A DNA stretch of 64,000 bases from assembly GCA_963702005.1 (NCBI GenBank), contig OY969696.1, positions 1,472,001-1,536,000 of the forward strand. Direction: 5' to 3'. Positions 19,547-29,914 of the stretch are shown here, one piece after another. The translations under genes were made by a program, and so were the position numbers. Origin of the DNA: Candidatus Aminicenantes bacterium. GTDB lineage: Bacteria; Acidobacteriota; Aminicenantia; Aminicenantales; JAFGBC01. Positions within the stretch are counted from its first letter, which is position 1, and the number at the start of each line of letters is the position of its first letter. The notes under the pieces were generated by a model. It made no database searches. It was given only the letters and a program-made list of their open reading frames with translations, and had not been told where the DNA came from.

Positions 19547-20614
19547 GTGGAGGTCCATCAGTTCTCGACATCCCTGACCTACGGTGACGCCATTTCCGAC
19601 GAGATCCTCGAAATCCGCAAGGCCCTCCGGGAGCGGGGCCTCGGCTCCGAGATCTTCGTCCGCTTCTTCGAGCCGAGAATGGCCGGTTATATCCATGACT
19701 TCCGGGAGTACCCCCGCTTCAGCGCGGCCGGGAACGTCGTCATCTTCCATTTCTCGATCGGCTCGCCCGTCTCCAAGATGTTCCTGCGCATCCCGGATAA
19801 GCGGATCCTGATCTACCACAACATCACGCCCTACGACTATTTTCTGGACAGCCACCGGATCCTGACCCGGGAGTGCTATAAGGGCCGGCTCGAACTGGAT
19901 CAGTTCAAGGACAAGATCAATCTGGCCCTGGGCGATTCCGATTTCAACCGCCGGGAGCTGGCCGAGGCCGGCTACCCTCGGACGGGTGTTCTCCCCATCC
20001 TCCTCGACTTCGCCAAGTTCGACGTCCCGGGCGATCCGGTCGTCCGCTCCATCTTCGCCGAGCCCAAAACCACCATCCTCTATGTGGGCCGGGTCATTCC
20101 CAACAAGAAATTCGAGGACGTTATCAAGACATTCTATATTTATAAGAAGGAATTCAACCGGAACGCCCGGCTCATCCTGGCCGGGGATTTCCGGGGCATG
20201 GAGCGCTACCTGGCCGCCCTCCAGGATCTCATCGATCGGCTGGCCCTGGACGACGTCCACCTGACCGGCCACGTCGACTTCGAGGAGCTCGTCGCCTACT
20301 ACAGGCTGGCCGACGTTTACCTGAGCATGAGCGAGCACGAAGGATTTGGCGTGCCCCTCCTCGAGGCCTTCCACCTCAAGATCCCGGTCGTCGCCTTCGC
20401 GGCCGGCGCCGTCGAGGAGACCATGAACGGCGGCGGAGTCCTCCTTCGTCGCAAGGACTTCCTGCGGACGGCGGCACTCATCGACCGGATCGTCCAAGAC
20501 CGCGCCCTCCGGGAGCGGATCGTGACCGGGCAGCTCAAGGCTCTCGCGAAATACAGCAGGGCGAACGTCAGCCGCATCCTGTTCGACCACATCGATGGAG
20601 TGGTCAGGGCATGA
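19547..20614 (+). CDS. GT4 glycosyltransferase
   Basis: YVGRVIPNK, SEHEGFGVPLLEA. Confidence 0.9.
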   Translation: MEVHQFSTSLTYGDAISDEILEIRKALRERGLGSEIFVRFFEPRMAGYIHDFREYPRFSAAGNVVIFHFSIGSPVSKMFLRIPDKRILIYHNITPYDYFLDSHRILTRECYKGRLELDQFKDKINLALGDSDFNRRELAEAGYPRTGVLPILLDFAKFDVPGDPVVRSIFAEPKTTILYVGRVIPNKKFEDVIKTFYIYKKEFNRNARLILAGDFRGMERYLAALQDLIDRLALDDVHLTGHVDFEELVAYYRLADVYLSMSEHEGFGVPLLEAFHLKIPVVAFAAGAVEETMNGGGVLLRRKDFLRTAALIDRIVQDRALRERIVTGQLKALAKYSRANVSRILFDHIDGVVRA

Positions 20615-21684
20615 GGATCGACCAGCTCATTCCGGCCTTCCACCGCGGCGACGCCATCGGCGACACGGCCTTCCACCTCCGGAACGCCCTCCGCGCCCGC
20701 GGCTTCGGGTCGGACATTTATTGCCTCAATCACGATCCGGACCTGGCCGGCGAAGCCCGGCTGTTCGCAGACTTCCCGCCGCCCGGGGCCGGGGATATCG
20801 CCATCCTCCACTTCGCCCTTCCCAGCCCGCTGACCGAAGGCCTCATCCGGCAACCATGCCGGAAGTTTATTATCTACCACAACATCACCCCGCCCGAGTT
20901 TTTCGAGCCCTTCCATGCCGAGATGGCCCGGCTCTGCCGGCTCGGCCGCGAGGAACTCGTCCGGCTGGCCCCCCATGTCGAGGTCGGCCTGGCCGATTCC
21001 GAGTACAACCGGCTTGAGCTCGAGGCGCTCGGCTACCGGACGACCCGGGAGTTCCCTCTCTTCGTCGATTTCGCCAAATACGAGCGGCCGCCCAGCCGGT
21101 TCGTCCGGGATTTGTTCAGGGACGGCCGGACTAACATCCTGTTCGTGGGCCGGATCGTCCCCAATAAGCGGATCGACGACCTCATCAAGGTTGTCTTCTA
21201 CTATAAAAAATACATCTCGCCCCTGGTCCGGCTCATCGTCGTCGGCAAGACCTCTTCGCTTCCGGTTTACACCCAAGCCCTGGTCCGGATGGCCGACGAA
21301 TTCTACCTCAAGCCCGAGGAGATCACCTTCGCCGGCCACATTCCCGACGAAGAGATGTACGCTCTCTATCGGGCGTCCCACGTCTTCCTGTCCTTGAGCG
21401 AGCATGAGGGATTCTGCCTGCCGCTCGTCGAGAGCATGGTCTTCGACCTCCCCATCGTCGCCTACGCTTCGACGGCCGTCCCCTACACCCTGGACGGGGC
21501 GGGCGTCTTGATCCATGACAAGCGGGTCGACCGGACGGCCGAGCTCGTCGACATCGTCGCCCGCGACGAGAAGATCCGTAAAACGGTCGTCGCCGGGCAG
21601 CGCCGGCGCCTGGAGGCCTTCAAGGCCGAGCAAAAAAAAGCCTTTCTCTTCCGGGAGTTCGAGTCCCTGCTGAGGTCCCGCTGA
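20611..21684 (+). CDS. GT4 glycosyltransferase
   Basis: [22 protein letters not shown]. Confidence 0.9.
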   Translation: MRIDQLIPAFHRGDAIGDTAFHLRNALRARGFGSDIYCLNHDPDLAGEARLFADFPPPGAGDIAILHFALPSPLTEGLIRQPCRKFIIYHNITPPEFFEPFHAEMARLCRLGREELVRLAPHVEVGLADSEYNRLELEALGYRTTREFPLFVDFAKYERPPSRFVRDLFRDGRTNILFVGRIVPNKRIDDLIKVVFYYKKYISPLVRLIVVGKTSSLPVYTQALVRMADEFYLKPEEITFAGHIPDEEMYALYRASHVFLSLSEHEGFCLPLVESMVFDLPIVAYASTAVPYTLDGAGVLIHDKRVDRTAELVDIVARDEKIRKTVVAGQRRRLEAFKAEQKKAFLFREFESLLRSR

Positions 21685-21685
21685 G

Positions 21686-22867
21686 ATGAGAATCGCCTTC
21701 GTCGTCCAGCGCTACGGGAAAGAGGTCATGGGCGGCTCCGAGCTCCACTGCCGGATGGTTGCCGAGCGGCTGGTCGCGGCCGGCCACGATTGCACCGTCT
21801 ACACGACGACGGCCAAGGACTACATCACCTGGCGTAACGAGTACGCAGCCGGGCGCTCCGTCTACAACGGGGTCGTCCTCCGCCGCTTCCCGATCGAACG
21901 GGAGAGGGAGATCGTGTCCTTCAACGCCTATTCCGACTGGATCTTCTTCAATCCGCATTCCCGGCAGGACGAACTGGACTGGCTGGACCGCCAAGGCCCG
22001 GTCTGCCCGGCCTTGGTCGATGCCCTGGAACGGGAGGAGAAGGACCACGACCTTTTTATCTTCTTCACCTACCTCTATTACAACACCTACTGGGGATTGA
22101 AACGGGTCCGGGGGGCCAAAGCGCTCGTCCCGACCGCCCACGATGAGCCGGCCCTCCACCTCGACGTCATGAAGGAAGTCTTCGAGCCCCCCCAAGCCTT
22201 CATTTTTAACACCGAAGCCGAGCGTGACATGCTCCACCGGCTCTTTCCCTTCGAAGGCAAATACCAGGATATCGTCGGCGTCGGCGTCGACGTCCCGGCC
22301 AAACTCGACGTCGCCGGTTTCCTCCAGCGGGCCGGCATCCCCGGTCCCTACATCCTGTATGCCGGCCGGATCGAACCCGGCAAGGGCTGCCGCGAGCTCA
22401 TCGATTATTTCCTGCGCTACCACCCGCGTCGGCCGAGCCTCTTCCTGATCCTGATCGGGAACCTGCTGATGGATCTCCCCTTGCATCCCCGGCTCAAGTA
22501 CCTCGGCTTCGTATCCCCCGAGGACAAGAACGCCGCCATGGCGGGGGCTGCGGCCGTCATCCATCCTTCCCACCTCGAGAGCCTGTGCATGGCGGCCCTG
22601 GAATCCATGGCCGTCCGGTCCCCGATTCTGGTCCAGGAGGGGGCCGAGCCCCTCAAGCAGCACTGCCTGAAGGGGCGGAGCGGGCTCTATTACTCGAACG
22701 ACCGGGAATTCGAGGCGGGCCTGGACCTCCTGCTCGGGGACGATCGGCTTCGGAAGGCCTTGGGGGCCAACGGCTACGCCTATGTCCAGGCCAATTATAC
22801 CTGGGCCCAGGTTATCGCCAAGTACGAGAAAGTCATCGATCGCCTGAGGAAAGGCGGTAACGTCTGA
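21686..22867 (+). CDS. GT4 glycosyltransferase
   Basis: [24 protein letters not shown]. Confidence 0.9.
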   Translation: MRIAFVVQRYGKEVMGGSELHCRMVAERLVAAGHDCTVYTTTAKDYITWRNEYAAGRSVYNGVVLRRFPIEREREIVSFNAYSDWIFFNPHSRQDELDWLDRQGPVCPALVDALEREEKDHDLFIFFTYLYYNTYWGLKRVRGAKALVPTAHDEPALHLDVMKEVFEPPQAFIFNTEAERDMLHRLFPFEGKYQDIVGVGVDVPAKLDVAGFLQRAGIPGPYILYAGRIEPGKGCRELIDYFLRYHPRRPSLFLILIGNLLMDLPLHPRLKYLGFVSPEDKNAAMAGAAAVIHPSHLESLCMAALESMAVRSPILVQEGAEPLKQHCLKGRSGLYYSNDREFEAGLDLLLGDDRLRKALGANGYAYVQANYTWAQVIAKYEKVIDRLRKGGNV

Positions 22868-22897
22868 TCGGGCGTCCGTAGGCGGGCCGGAGGCCGA

Positions 22898-23335
22898 TCA
22901 GATGTATTTGCCCATGATGTAGTCCTGGAGGTGTCCGATCGTGATCTTCTGATCGGAAATGATGGCCTTGACGACGTCGCCGATGGAGATCAGCCCCCTG
23001 AGATGATTGTCCTCGATGACAGGCAGGTGACGGATATGTTTTCCCGTCATAAGAGCCATGCATTCTTCGGTCGTCGTTTCCTTCCTCACGCAGAAGACTT
23101 CGGAGGTCATGACATCCCGGATAAGGGTATTCAAGGAACTTCTTTCCTTGAGCACGACCTTGCGCGCGTAATCCCTCTCCGAGAATATACCCACGACCCT
23201 TTCACCGGAAACGACGACGAGGGCTCCAATCCCCTTGACCGCCATAATCTTGAGGGCGTCAAGGACTCGCGCTTCCGGCGCAATCGTCCAGACATCGCGG
23301 CCCTTTTGATCGAGCATGTCTTTAACCGTCCACAT
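22898..23335 (-). CDS. Tandem CBS-domain protein
   Basis: GIFSERDYARK, IRHLPV, LISIGDVVK. Confidence 0.92.
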   Translation of the reverse strand: MWTVKDMLDQKGRDVWTIAPEARVLDALKIMAVKGIGALVVVSGERVVGIFSERDYARKVVLKERSSLNTLIRDVMTSEVFCVRKETTTEECMALMTGKHIRHLPVIEDNHLRGLISIGDVVKAIISDQKITIGHLQDYIMGKYI

Positions 23336-23447
23336 CTCTTCTTGCCTCCCTTATTCAATGTAAGCGGGGAGCGGGAGAGTCGGAAGCGAACCCGCGTTAT
23401 CCCCGCGCTTGCCTTTCTTCCGGGGCTCCCGGCCTCGGGGGAAAGCA

Positions 23448-24047
23448 TTAAAATTCATCGGTGCTGACGATTCTCTGGCGGCAGCGGGCGCAGACGTACT
23501 TGATCTGGTCTTCGCGGCGCAGGCGGGCCTTGGGGCGGGAGGCGGGCGGATGATCCCACTGCTCCTGGGCAGACAGAAGGAAGTTGGGATGGGCATAGGC
23601 CTCGGCGCCCAGGCGGTCCTTTATCCAATCGAGATGATCGCGGCAGCCGATGATTTGGCCGCAGCACTCGCAAAGGATGAGATCTTTCTCGATGGTCTCA
23701 TAAACTTCGGGGGCCTTGAGATCGGAAACGGCCAGAGAATATTCGTTCGTGTTCGCGACGCCCCGGCCGGTGATGCATTTTTCTCCGCATTGCCCGCATT
23801 GGATACAGGATCCGAAGTCGATTCGCAACCGGCGTATCCTCCGGGCCGCGTCGTCGCTGACCTCGATCGCCTGGGAGGGGCAGACTTGGGCACAGGCCCC
23901 GCAGCCGACGCAGTCATCCGCGCGGAACCTGGGAAAGCCGCGGTAGGATGGGAAAGTCGCCTTTGGCCCCGCCGGATAACGGGTGGTGAACGGGGCGCTG
24001 AAGAAGGAGGTCAGCGCCTCCTTGATTTCACGGAGCTTAGGCCACAT
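23448..24047 (-). CDS. NuoI/MbhN-like 4Fe-4S subunit
   Basis: FTTRYP, CVGCGACAQVCP, CIQCGQCGEKC. Confidence 0.88.
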   Translation of the reverse strand: MWPKLREIKEALTSFFSAPFTTRYPAGPKATFPSYRGFPRFRADDCVGCGACAQVCPSQAIEVSDDAARRIRRLRIDFGSCIQCGQCGEKCITGRGVANTNEYSLAVSDLKAPEVYETIEKDLILCECCGQIIGCRDHLDWIKDRLGAEAYAHPNFLLSAQEQWDHPPASRPKARLRREDQIKYVCARCRQRIVSTDEF

Positions 24048-24396
24048 CACGGGGGGGCTCCTCGCGGAGTTCGCGGTCGGATTCGTAAGCGTCGGTGGTG
24101 CTCTCCGGGCAGAGCGGAATCCGGCTGCGGTGGGCGGCCCGGGCGATGGCATGGGCCGCGACGGGCGAAGTCAGGAAGATGAAACCGATGCCGAGCAAAG
24201 CCTTGATCCCGAAGCCGGAAAAACCCTGGAGGATGAAGACGCCGAAGAGCAGGCCGGCCGAACCGAAGGTCACGCACTTGGTGGCGGCCTGGAGCCTGTT
24301 GTAGACATCGGGGAGGCGAATGAGTCCCAGGACGCCCAGGAAATTGAACAGGATGCCGACCCCGACGAAGATCATCCCGATATCCTGCCTAATCAT
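24037..24396 (-). CDS. MrpG/MnhG-like antiporter subunit
   Basis: RLPDVYNRLQAATK, PVAAHAIARAA. Confidence 0.9.
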   Translation of the reverse strand: MIRQDIGMIFVGVGILFNFLGVLGLIRLPDVYNRLQAATKCVTFGSAGLLFGVFILQGFSGFGIKALLGIGFIFLTSPVAAHAIARAAHRSRIPLCPESTTDAYESDRELREEPPRDVA

Positions 24397-24727
24397 CGAG
24401 TCCCCTCCCTTCCAGAATCTTGGCGAAGGCCAGCGACGCCACGAAACTCAACAGAGCCCAGATGAGGGCGATGTCCATGAAAAATCCCTGGCCGTGGGCG
24501 AGGCCGTAGAGGGCCAGGACGCTGATGATCAGGATGCCCAGGATGTCCACGGCGATGACTCGGTCGGCCGGGCTTGGGCCCCGCACGACCCGGTAGAGCA
24601 CGAACAAGGCGCTGAACAGGCTGACGTTGATGAGCTTCACCAGGAGGGGAGCGCTCAGGACGAGGAAGTTGAGATAGGCCAGGGCCGCGAGGACGCCGGT
24701 CCCGACGAGCCAGCGCAATGCTCTCAT
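24389..24727 (-). CDS. MrpF/MnhF-like subunit
   Basis: RGPSPADRVIAVD. Confidence 0.88.
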   Translation of the reverse strand: MRALRWLVGTGVLAALAYLNFLVLSAPLLVKLINVSLFSALFVLYRVVRGPSPADRVIAVDILGILIISVLALYGLAHGQGFFMDIALIWALLSFVASLAFAKILEGRGLDD

Positions 24728-25230
24728 TCGAAAACCTCCTTGAGGATCCGTTCGAACTTCCCGCCGATGGCCCGGGTGTTCTCCTCGAGGTCGGTCGAGC
24801 CGACCGTGATGCAGTGGATATAGAGCTCGCCCTTCCCGGGATGGATGTCGATCGTGAACGTTCCCGGAGTCAACGTGATGGAATTCGCCAGGATCGTCAG
24901 CGCCGTGTCTCGGGTCAACCCCGTCTTGATCTTGACGATCCCGGGGCGGATCGGACAGCGGGGATGGAGCACGATGGAGGCGACCTGGAGATTGGCTTTG
25001 ATCATTTCTAAGAAGAACCGGGCGATGTAGCGGACGGCGAACAGGGCCCGGCGGACGCTGCCCCGGCCGCGCGGGAATCCGGCCAGGAATCCTCCGGCGG
25101 CCCAGGAGACGATCAGGGCCGCGGCCACCCCGGCCGCTATTTCCGGCGTGCCCCCGCCGCGCGTCAGGCCCAGCCAGACGAGAAGGGACAGGATGAAAAC
25201 CAGGATCCGACTTTGCATTTTCTTGCTCAT
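24724..25230 (-). CDS. MrpE/MnhE-like subunit
   Basis: ILANSITLTPGT, LYIH. Confidence 0.9.
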   Translation of the reverse strand: MSKKMQSRILVFILSLLVWLGLTRGGGTPEIAAGVAAALIVSWAAGGFLAGFPRGRGSVRRALFAVRYIARFFLEMIKANLQVASIVLHPRCPIRPGIVKIKTGLTRDTALTILANSITLTPGTFTIDIHPGKGELYIHCITVGSTDLEENTRAIGGKFERILKEVFE

Positions 25231-25234
25231 GGCG

Positions 25235-26710
25235 TCACTTCCCCAGCACCGAAAGAATATACCCTCCCTTGCCCATGATGACATCGACCACGGGGTCGAG
25301 CGTCCATTCGCGGATACCCGGGACGATCATCAGGCTCGTGACCAGGCAGAGCAGGGCGAGGACGGCCATGGCCGCATTCATCCCGCCTCCGACCGGCTCG
25401 ATCAGCGCCCCGACCGGCCGCTCTCCGCGCAGCCCGTATCTTTGGACCTTCATGAAAGAGGCCAGCGTCAGCAAGCTGCCGACCACGGCCAGAAAAGCGA
25501 ACAAGGGACGGCCGGCCTGGACGGCGGCGACGATTATCAGAACCTTGCTGAAAAAGCCGTTGAAGGGTGGAATCCCGGAGATGGACAGGGAGGCGATCAT
25601 CGAAGAATGGGCGGTGATCGGGAGCCGCTTGGTGACGTTCCCCATTTTCCGGAGGTCCCGCGTTCCCAGCGCCATCTCCAGGGCGCCCGCGTTGTAGAAC
25701 AGAAGGGACTTGAACACCGCGTGGTTGAAGAGATGGAAAACGGCCCCGGCCATTCCCAGCGTCGTGTTCAGCCCCATCCCGAGCAGGATGTAGCCGATCT
25801 GACTGATGCTGTGGTAGGCGAGGAGACGCTTGATGTCCCACTGGCCGATAGCCAGCAGAACGCCGAGGATGATCGAGACCGCTCCCAGGACGAGAAAAAC
25901 CTGCAGGAAAAGCGGCGGCGCTCCCAGGACGTTGTAAAAAATACGGATCAGGGTGTAGATACCGAGGGCTTTGATCAGGACGCCGCTCAGCATGGCCGAT
26001 ATGGGCGCCGGGGCCGAGGAGTGGGCGTCGGGAAGCCAGGCATGGAAGGGCATTGCGGCGGCTTTCAAGCCGAATCCGGCCATGAACAGCCCCCCGACCC
26101 AGAGGACGAGGTAGGGGTCCTTGCCGGGAAGGGTCTGGGCGATGGTGGCCATGGTCAGGGAGGAGGTGGCGCTATAGACGACGGCGATGGCCACCAGAAT
26201 AAGCGACGAGGAGATTCCCGCCATGACGGCGTACTTGAAGGCGGCTTCGAATTCGTGGGCCTGACCGCCGTAGGCGACCAGGGCGAAGGCGGCGAACAGG
26301 GCGATCTCCATAAAGACGAAAAGATTGAAAAGGTCGCCGGTGACGATGACGCCGTTCATCCCCGCCACCAGGGTCATGAACAGGGCGTAGTATTTCCAGT
26401 CGGAGGACAGACGGCGGATGTATTTAAGAGAAAAGACCAGGGAGGTCAAGGCGATCAGGCTGACCATGACGAGCATGAACGAGCTGAGGGCGTCCTGGAC
26501 GAGGCAGATTCCGATCGGAATCTTCCAGTCGCTCATGAAGTAGACCAGGGTTTCCCCCCTATGAGCGATGAAGGCGTAGACCGAAACAACCATGAGCGCC
26601 GCCGTCGCCGTCAGCGAGATCGCGGCCGCGACCGTCTCTCTTCGGCCGGAAATGAGAACGATCAAGATGGTCCCAAAAAGAGGAATGATTATGAAATAGG
26701 GGAGGATCAT
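25235..26710 (-). CDS. MrpD/MbhH-like ion-translocating subunit
   Basis: GDLFNLFVFME, PFHAWLPDAH, KRLLAYHSISQIGY, GIPPFNGFFSK. Confidence 0.92.
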   Translation of the reverse strand: MILPYFIIIPLFGTILIVLISGRRETVAAAISLTATAALMVVSVYAFIAHRGETLVYFMSDWKIPIGICLVQDALSSFMLVMVSLIALTSLVFSLKYIRRLSSDWKYYALFMTLVAGMNGVIVTGDLFNLFVFMEIALFAAFALVAYGGQAHEFEAAFKYAVMAGISSSLILVAIAVVYSATSSLTMATIAQTLPGKDPYLVLWVGGLFMAGFGLKAAAMPFHAWLPDAHSSAPAPISAMLSGVLIKALGIYTLIRIFYNVLGAPPLFLQVFLVLGAVSIILGVLLAIGQWDIKRLLAYHSISQIGYILLGMGLNTTLGMAGAVFHLFNHAVFKSLLFYNAGALEMALGTRDLRKMGNVTKRLPITAHSSMIASLSISGIPPFNGFFSKVLIIVAAVQAGRPLFAFLAVVGSLLTLASFMKVQRYGLRGERPVGALIEPVGGGMNAAMAVLALLCLVTSLMIVPGIREWTLDPVVDVIMGKGGYILSVLGK

Positions 26711-27045
26711 CCGACGAGCCTCCTTGTCTTTGAGATGTCAAAAGTCTTATTTTTCTGGTAGAGCCGGAGGGCCAGGGCGACGAGAAGAGCGGTGATCCCC
26801 AGCTCGATGACGATCGAGGTCAGAACGAGCGCCTGGGGGAGAGGGTCGACCATGGCCGTTACTTCCTTACCGGGCTCCAGGATGGGATAGACGGCGTTTC
26901 GGCGGTAGCCGATCAGGACGATGAAGAGGTTGGCTGCGTAGCCCATGATGCCCGAGGCGAGGATGATTTTGATGAGATCGCGTTTGGTCAGGATCCCGTA
27001 GAGGCCGGTTAAAAACAGGGCGAAACAGAGCACGTAGAGCGTCAT
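26707..27045 (-). CDS. MrpC/MnhC-like subunit
   Basis: DPLPQALVLTSIVI. Confidence 0.9.
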   Translation of the reverse strand: MTLYVLCFALFLTGLYGILTKRDLIKIILASGIMGYAANLFIVLIGYRRNAVYPILEPGKEVTAMVDPLPQALVLTSIVIELGITALLVALALRLYQKNKTFDISKTRRLVG

Positions 27046-27491
27046 TCCTCGGCTCCTTTCTCCGGATCGAATTCGGCCAGGGCCAGGACGGCAAAAAACA
27101 GGGACAGGCCGACTTTGATTCCGATCAGGATGTTGAGGATGGGGATGAGCCCCGCGCTGAACAGGGAGAACAGGGTCCCTTTGGCCAGGACGTTGCGGAG
27201 GAATGCGCCGCCCGCGGCCATGCCCATGAGGCCCGCGGCCAAGAACAGTAGCAAGCTGGAATAATCCAGCCGGCGCAGAAACGGCAGCGGCAGCCACTCT
27301 ATAGTGAAGGCGCGGCCGTAGGCCAGGAGCATGCAGAGAAGCCCGAGGGCCAGGACGACGCCGCCGCCGAATCCTCCCCCCGGGCTGAGGTGTCCGTGAA
27401 AGATGATGTAAATCCCGTAGAGGAAGATCAACCAGACGATAAGGCGGGTCACGGTTTTGACGATGAGGGTCATTCCCGGCGTTCGGCTCAT
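27042..27491 (-). CDS. MrpB/MnhB-like subunit
   Basis: GHLSPGGGFGGG. Confidence 0.9.
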   Translation of the reverse strand: MSRTPGMTLIVKTVTRLIVWLIFLYGIYIIFHGHLSPGGGFGGGVVLALGLLCMLLAYGRAFTIEWLPLPFLRRLDYSSLLLFLAAGLMGMAAGGAFLRNVLAKGTLFSLFSAGLIPILNILIGIKVGLSLFFAVLALAEFDPEKGAEE

Positions 27492-28035
27492 GATGTCACG
27501 CCTCCTTGTCTACTCCGAGCCCTGACGCGCAGGACGGTCAGGGTTCCCAGGATGGCCGTGAACAGGACCGTGACCTCCCCCAGAGTGTCGTAGGCCCGGT
27601 AGTCGAGGACGATGGCCGCGACCAGGTTTGCGGCGCCGACTTCGGCCGCCCCGGACTCCAGGTAATGCCGGGAGACGCTCATAAGGGGCTGGCCGAAGGG
27701 GGGAGCAGGCGGAAGACCCTGACGCTCAATACCAGGATGGCCGCCAGGCCCAGTACGGTGAAACCCAGGATCCAGCGGCCGGATTTGGAGGGCTCCAGGA
27801 CGTGAGCGTCTTTCCGGATGAAGGCTCGGACGAGGAGAATGAGGGCGAAGATCTCGAATAGGAATTGGACGATGGCCAGGTCCGGAGCCTGGAGGAAAAT
27901 AAAGGAGACCGAGACGGCCAACCCGACGACGCCGACCGCCACGATGGATGAGAGAATATCCTTGATCTCCAGGGCGACGATCGACGCCACGATCATAAAC
28001 GCCAAGAGACAAATCAGCCAGGTATCGATGGGCAT
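27488..28035 (-). CDS. MbhD/MbhE-like subunit, frameshifted at a homopolymer (~27698-27703)
   Basis: LQAPDLAIVQ in one frame and NLVAAIVLDYRAYDTLGE in another; adding one C to the C6 run joins them. Confidence 0.75.
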
Positions 28036-28107
28036 GAATCCCTCCCCGCCGGCGGTTGTATCCGCCGAGGAATAGTCGGAGCTGTGTCCGGCATGTTCGT
28101 TCGGTCC

Positions 28108-29914
28108 TCACTGGATTAGGAGCATGAACAGAACGAGGCCAAAGACGATGAAGAGAATATACAGGGGCAACAGTCCGGACTGGACCTTCTGGAGAAGCCG
28201 GGACAGTCCGAAGGTCGCCCCGCTGCCGACGTGATAGATGTCGAAGATTTTCTTATGGGCCAGGCTGAAAACGCTCCGCAACGGACGCATCTCGACGATT
28301 TCCTTGTAGAACTCGGTCCCGGTCACGCGGAACTGCTCATCCGGGGCGTGCCCGCCCAGGTAGACTTCGTCAAAGCGGGGCTTTCTGACCAACAAGAAGA
28401 GCAATAGCCCGAGAATCAAGGGCAGGGCGAGGAGGATCAGGATGAGCTGCGGGCTGTAAAGACCAATCGCTCTGGCGGCCGCGAAGCCGCTCTCCTCGGC
28501 GGCGGGGCCGATCAGCAGCCGGAGGGGGATCTCTCGGGCAAACAGCCCGAAGCCCAGGCAGAGCAGAGCCAGGACGCCCGTTGTGAGCCACTGGTTGAAG
28601 GACGCCTCCTTGACGCTTTCCAAACGGCGGGGCCGCTTCCCCAAGAACACGGAATGGATGAACATGATCAAGGTGGCCAGGGTCAAAGCGCTTCCAAAAA
28701 TGGCCAGAATAAGACAGGCCAGCAGCCAGATTTGGTATCCGGGCGGGAGTCCGGCCGCCTTCTCCAGAAGCCCTTGATAGATCATCCATTTGGAGAAGAA
28801 GCCGTTGAAGGGCGGGATCCCGGAAATGGCCAGGGCCCCCACCAGCGCTGCGGCGAACGTCATGGGCATCGTTTTGCCCAATCCTCCCAGATCGTCGAGT
28901 TCGTTCGTCCCCGCGCGTTTTTCCACCGAGCCGAGAACGAGGAAGAGATTGGACTTGTAAAGGGTGTGGTTGATGAGGTGGAAAAGCCCTCCCAGGAAAG
29001 CCAGGGCCGAACCGCTGGCGATGCCCATGATCATGTAGCCGACCTGGCTGACGGCATCGTAGCCCAAAAGGCGGCGGCCGTTGCGCTGGACCAGGGCCAT
29101 CATGACCGCGGTGATGACCGTCAAAGCCCCCAGCGTGATGATGATCATCCGAACCAGAAGGCCGACCTCGAAAAAGACCGTCATCATCCGGACCAACAGA
29201 TAGATGCCCAGGATCTTGTCCAGGGAGGCGGGGAGGAAGGCCACCGCTTCCACCGGGGCATCCTTGGAGAAATCCGGAACCCAGGTGTGCAGGGGGAAGC
29301 CCCCGGCCTTGGCCAGGGCCGCGATCAGGAGAAAGAGGAAGGCCAGCCAGGCGTATGCTCCGTCAAGCCCGATCGGAGGATGATCCAGCGACCAGCCGGA
29401 CTTCATCCCGATCATGGCCAGGCCCAGGAGCAAAAAGGCGTCGCTCCCCCCGACGATGATGAATGTTTTTTTGGCCGTTCCCGGCGCCTCCTTCCCCCGG
29501 CCGAGCAGGGCGAACCAATAGAGCGCCAAGCCGGATAATCCCCAGAACACAAGCAGACTCATGGCGTGCCGGCTTAAAACGACGCCGCAGCAGAATGGAA
29601 ACGGTCAAAGGATAGAGGACGAGAAAAACCTTCTCGGTTCCGGCGTCCAGGCCTTTAAGGCAGAACAGGAATATAATGAGACTCAGGACGTGGATGGCGA
29701 TGAGGCAGAGAAAGCCGAGCTTGTCCAGGGCCAGCGCATTCCGGCCGAGAATCTCGAAGGCCGGTGGGGCGGCGCCCGCGATCCGAATCGTCCAGACCAG
29801 GCCCAGGACGAGCGAGAGCCCGGTCAGGAGCTTTCGGAGGACAACCGGCAGGATCCCGTTGAGCAACGCCGCGACCAGAGGGGTGATGATGATGAGGAGC
29901 AGCGGATTAGCCAT
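28108..29914 (-). CDS. NuoL/MrpA-like ion-translocating subunit, frameshifted near 29598
   Basis: N-terminal TM part 29914-~29600 continues as FCCGVVLSRHAMSLLVFW; PLHTWVPD, GIPPFNGFFSKW. Confidence 0.8.

Noticed and set aside
18227-21633. Long antisense ORFs (787 aa, 438 aa) and similar ones across the GC-rich half
   Set aside because: Shadows of high-GC coding on the opposite strand; no recognisable motifs
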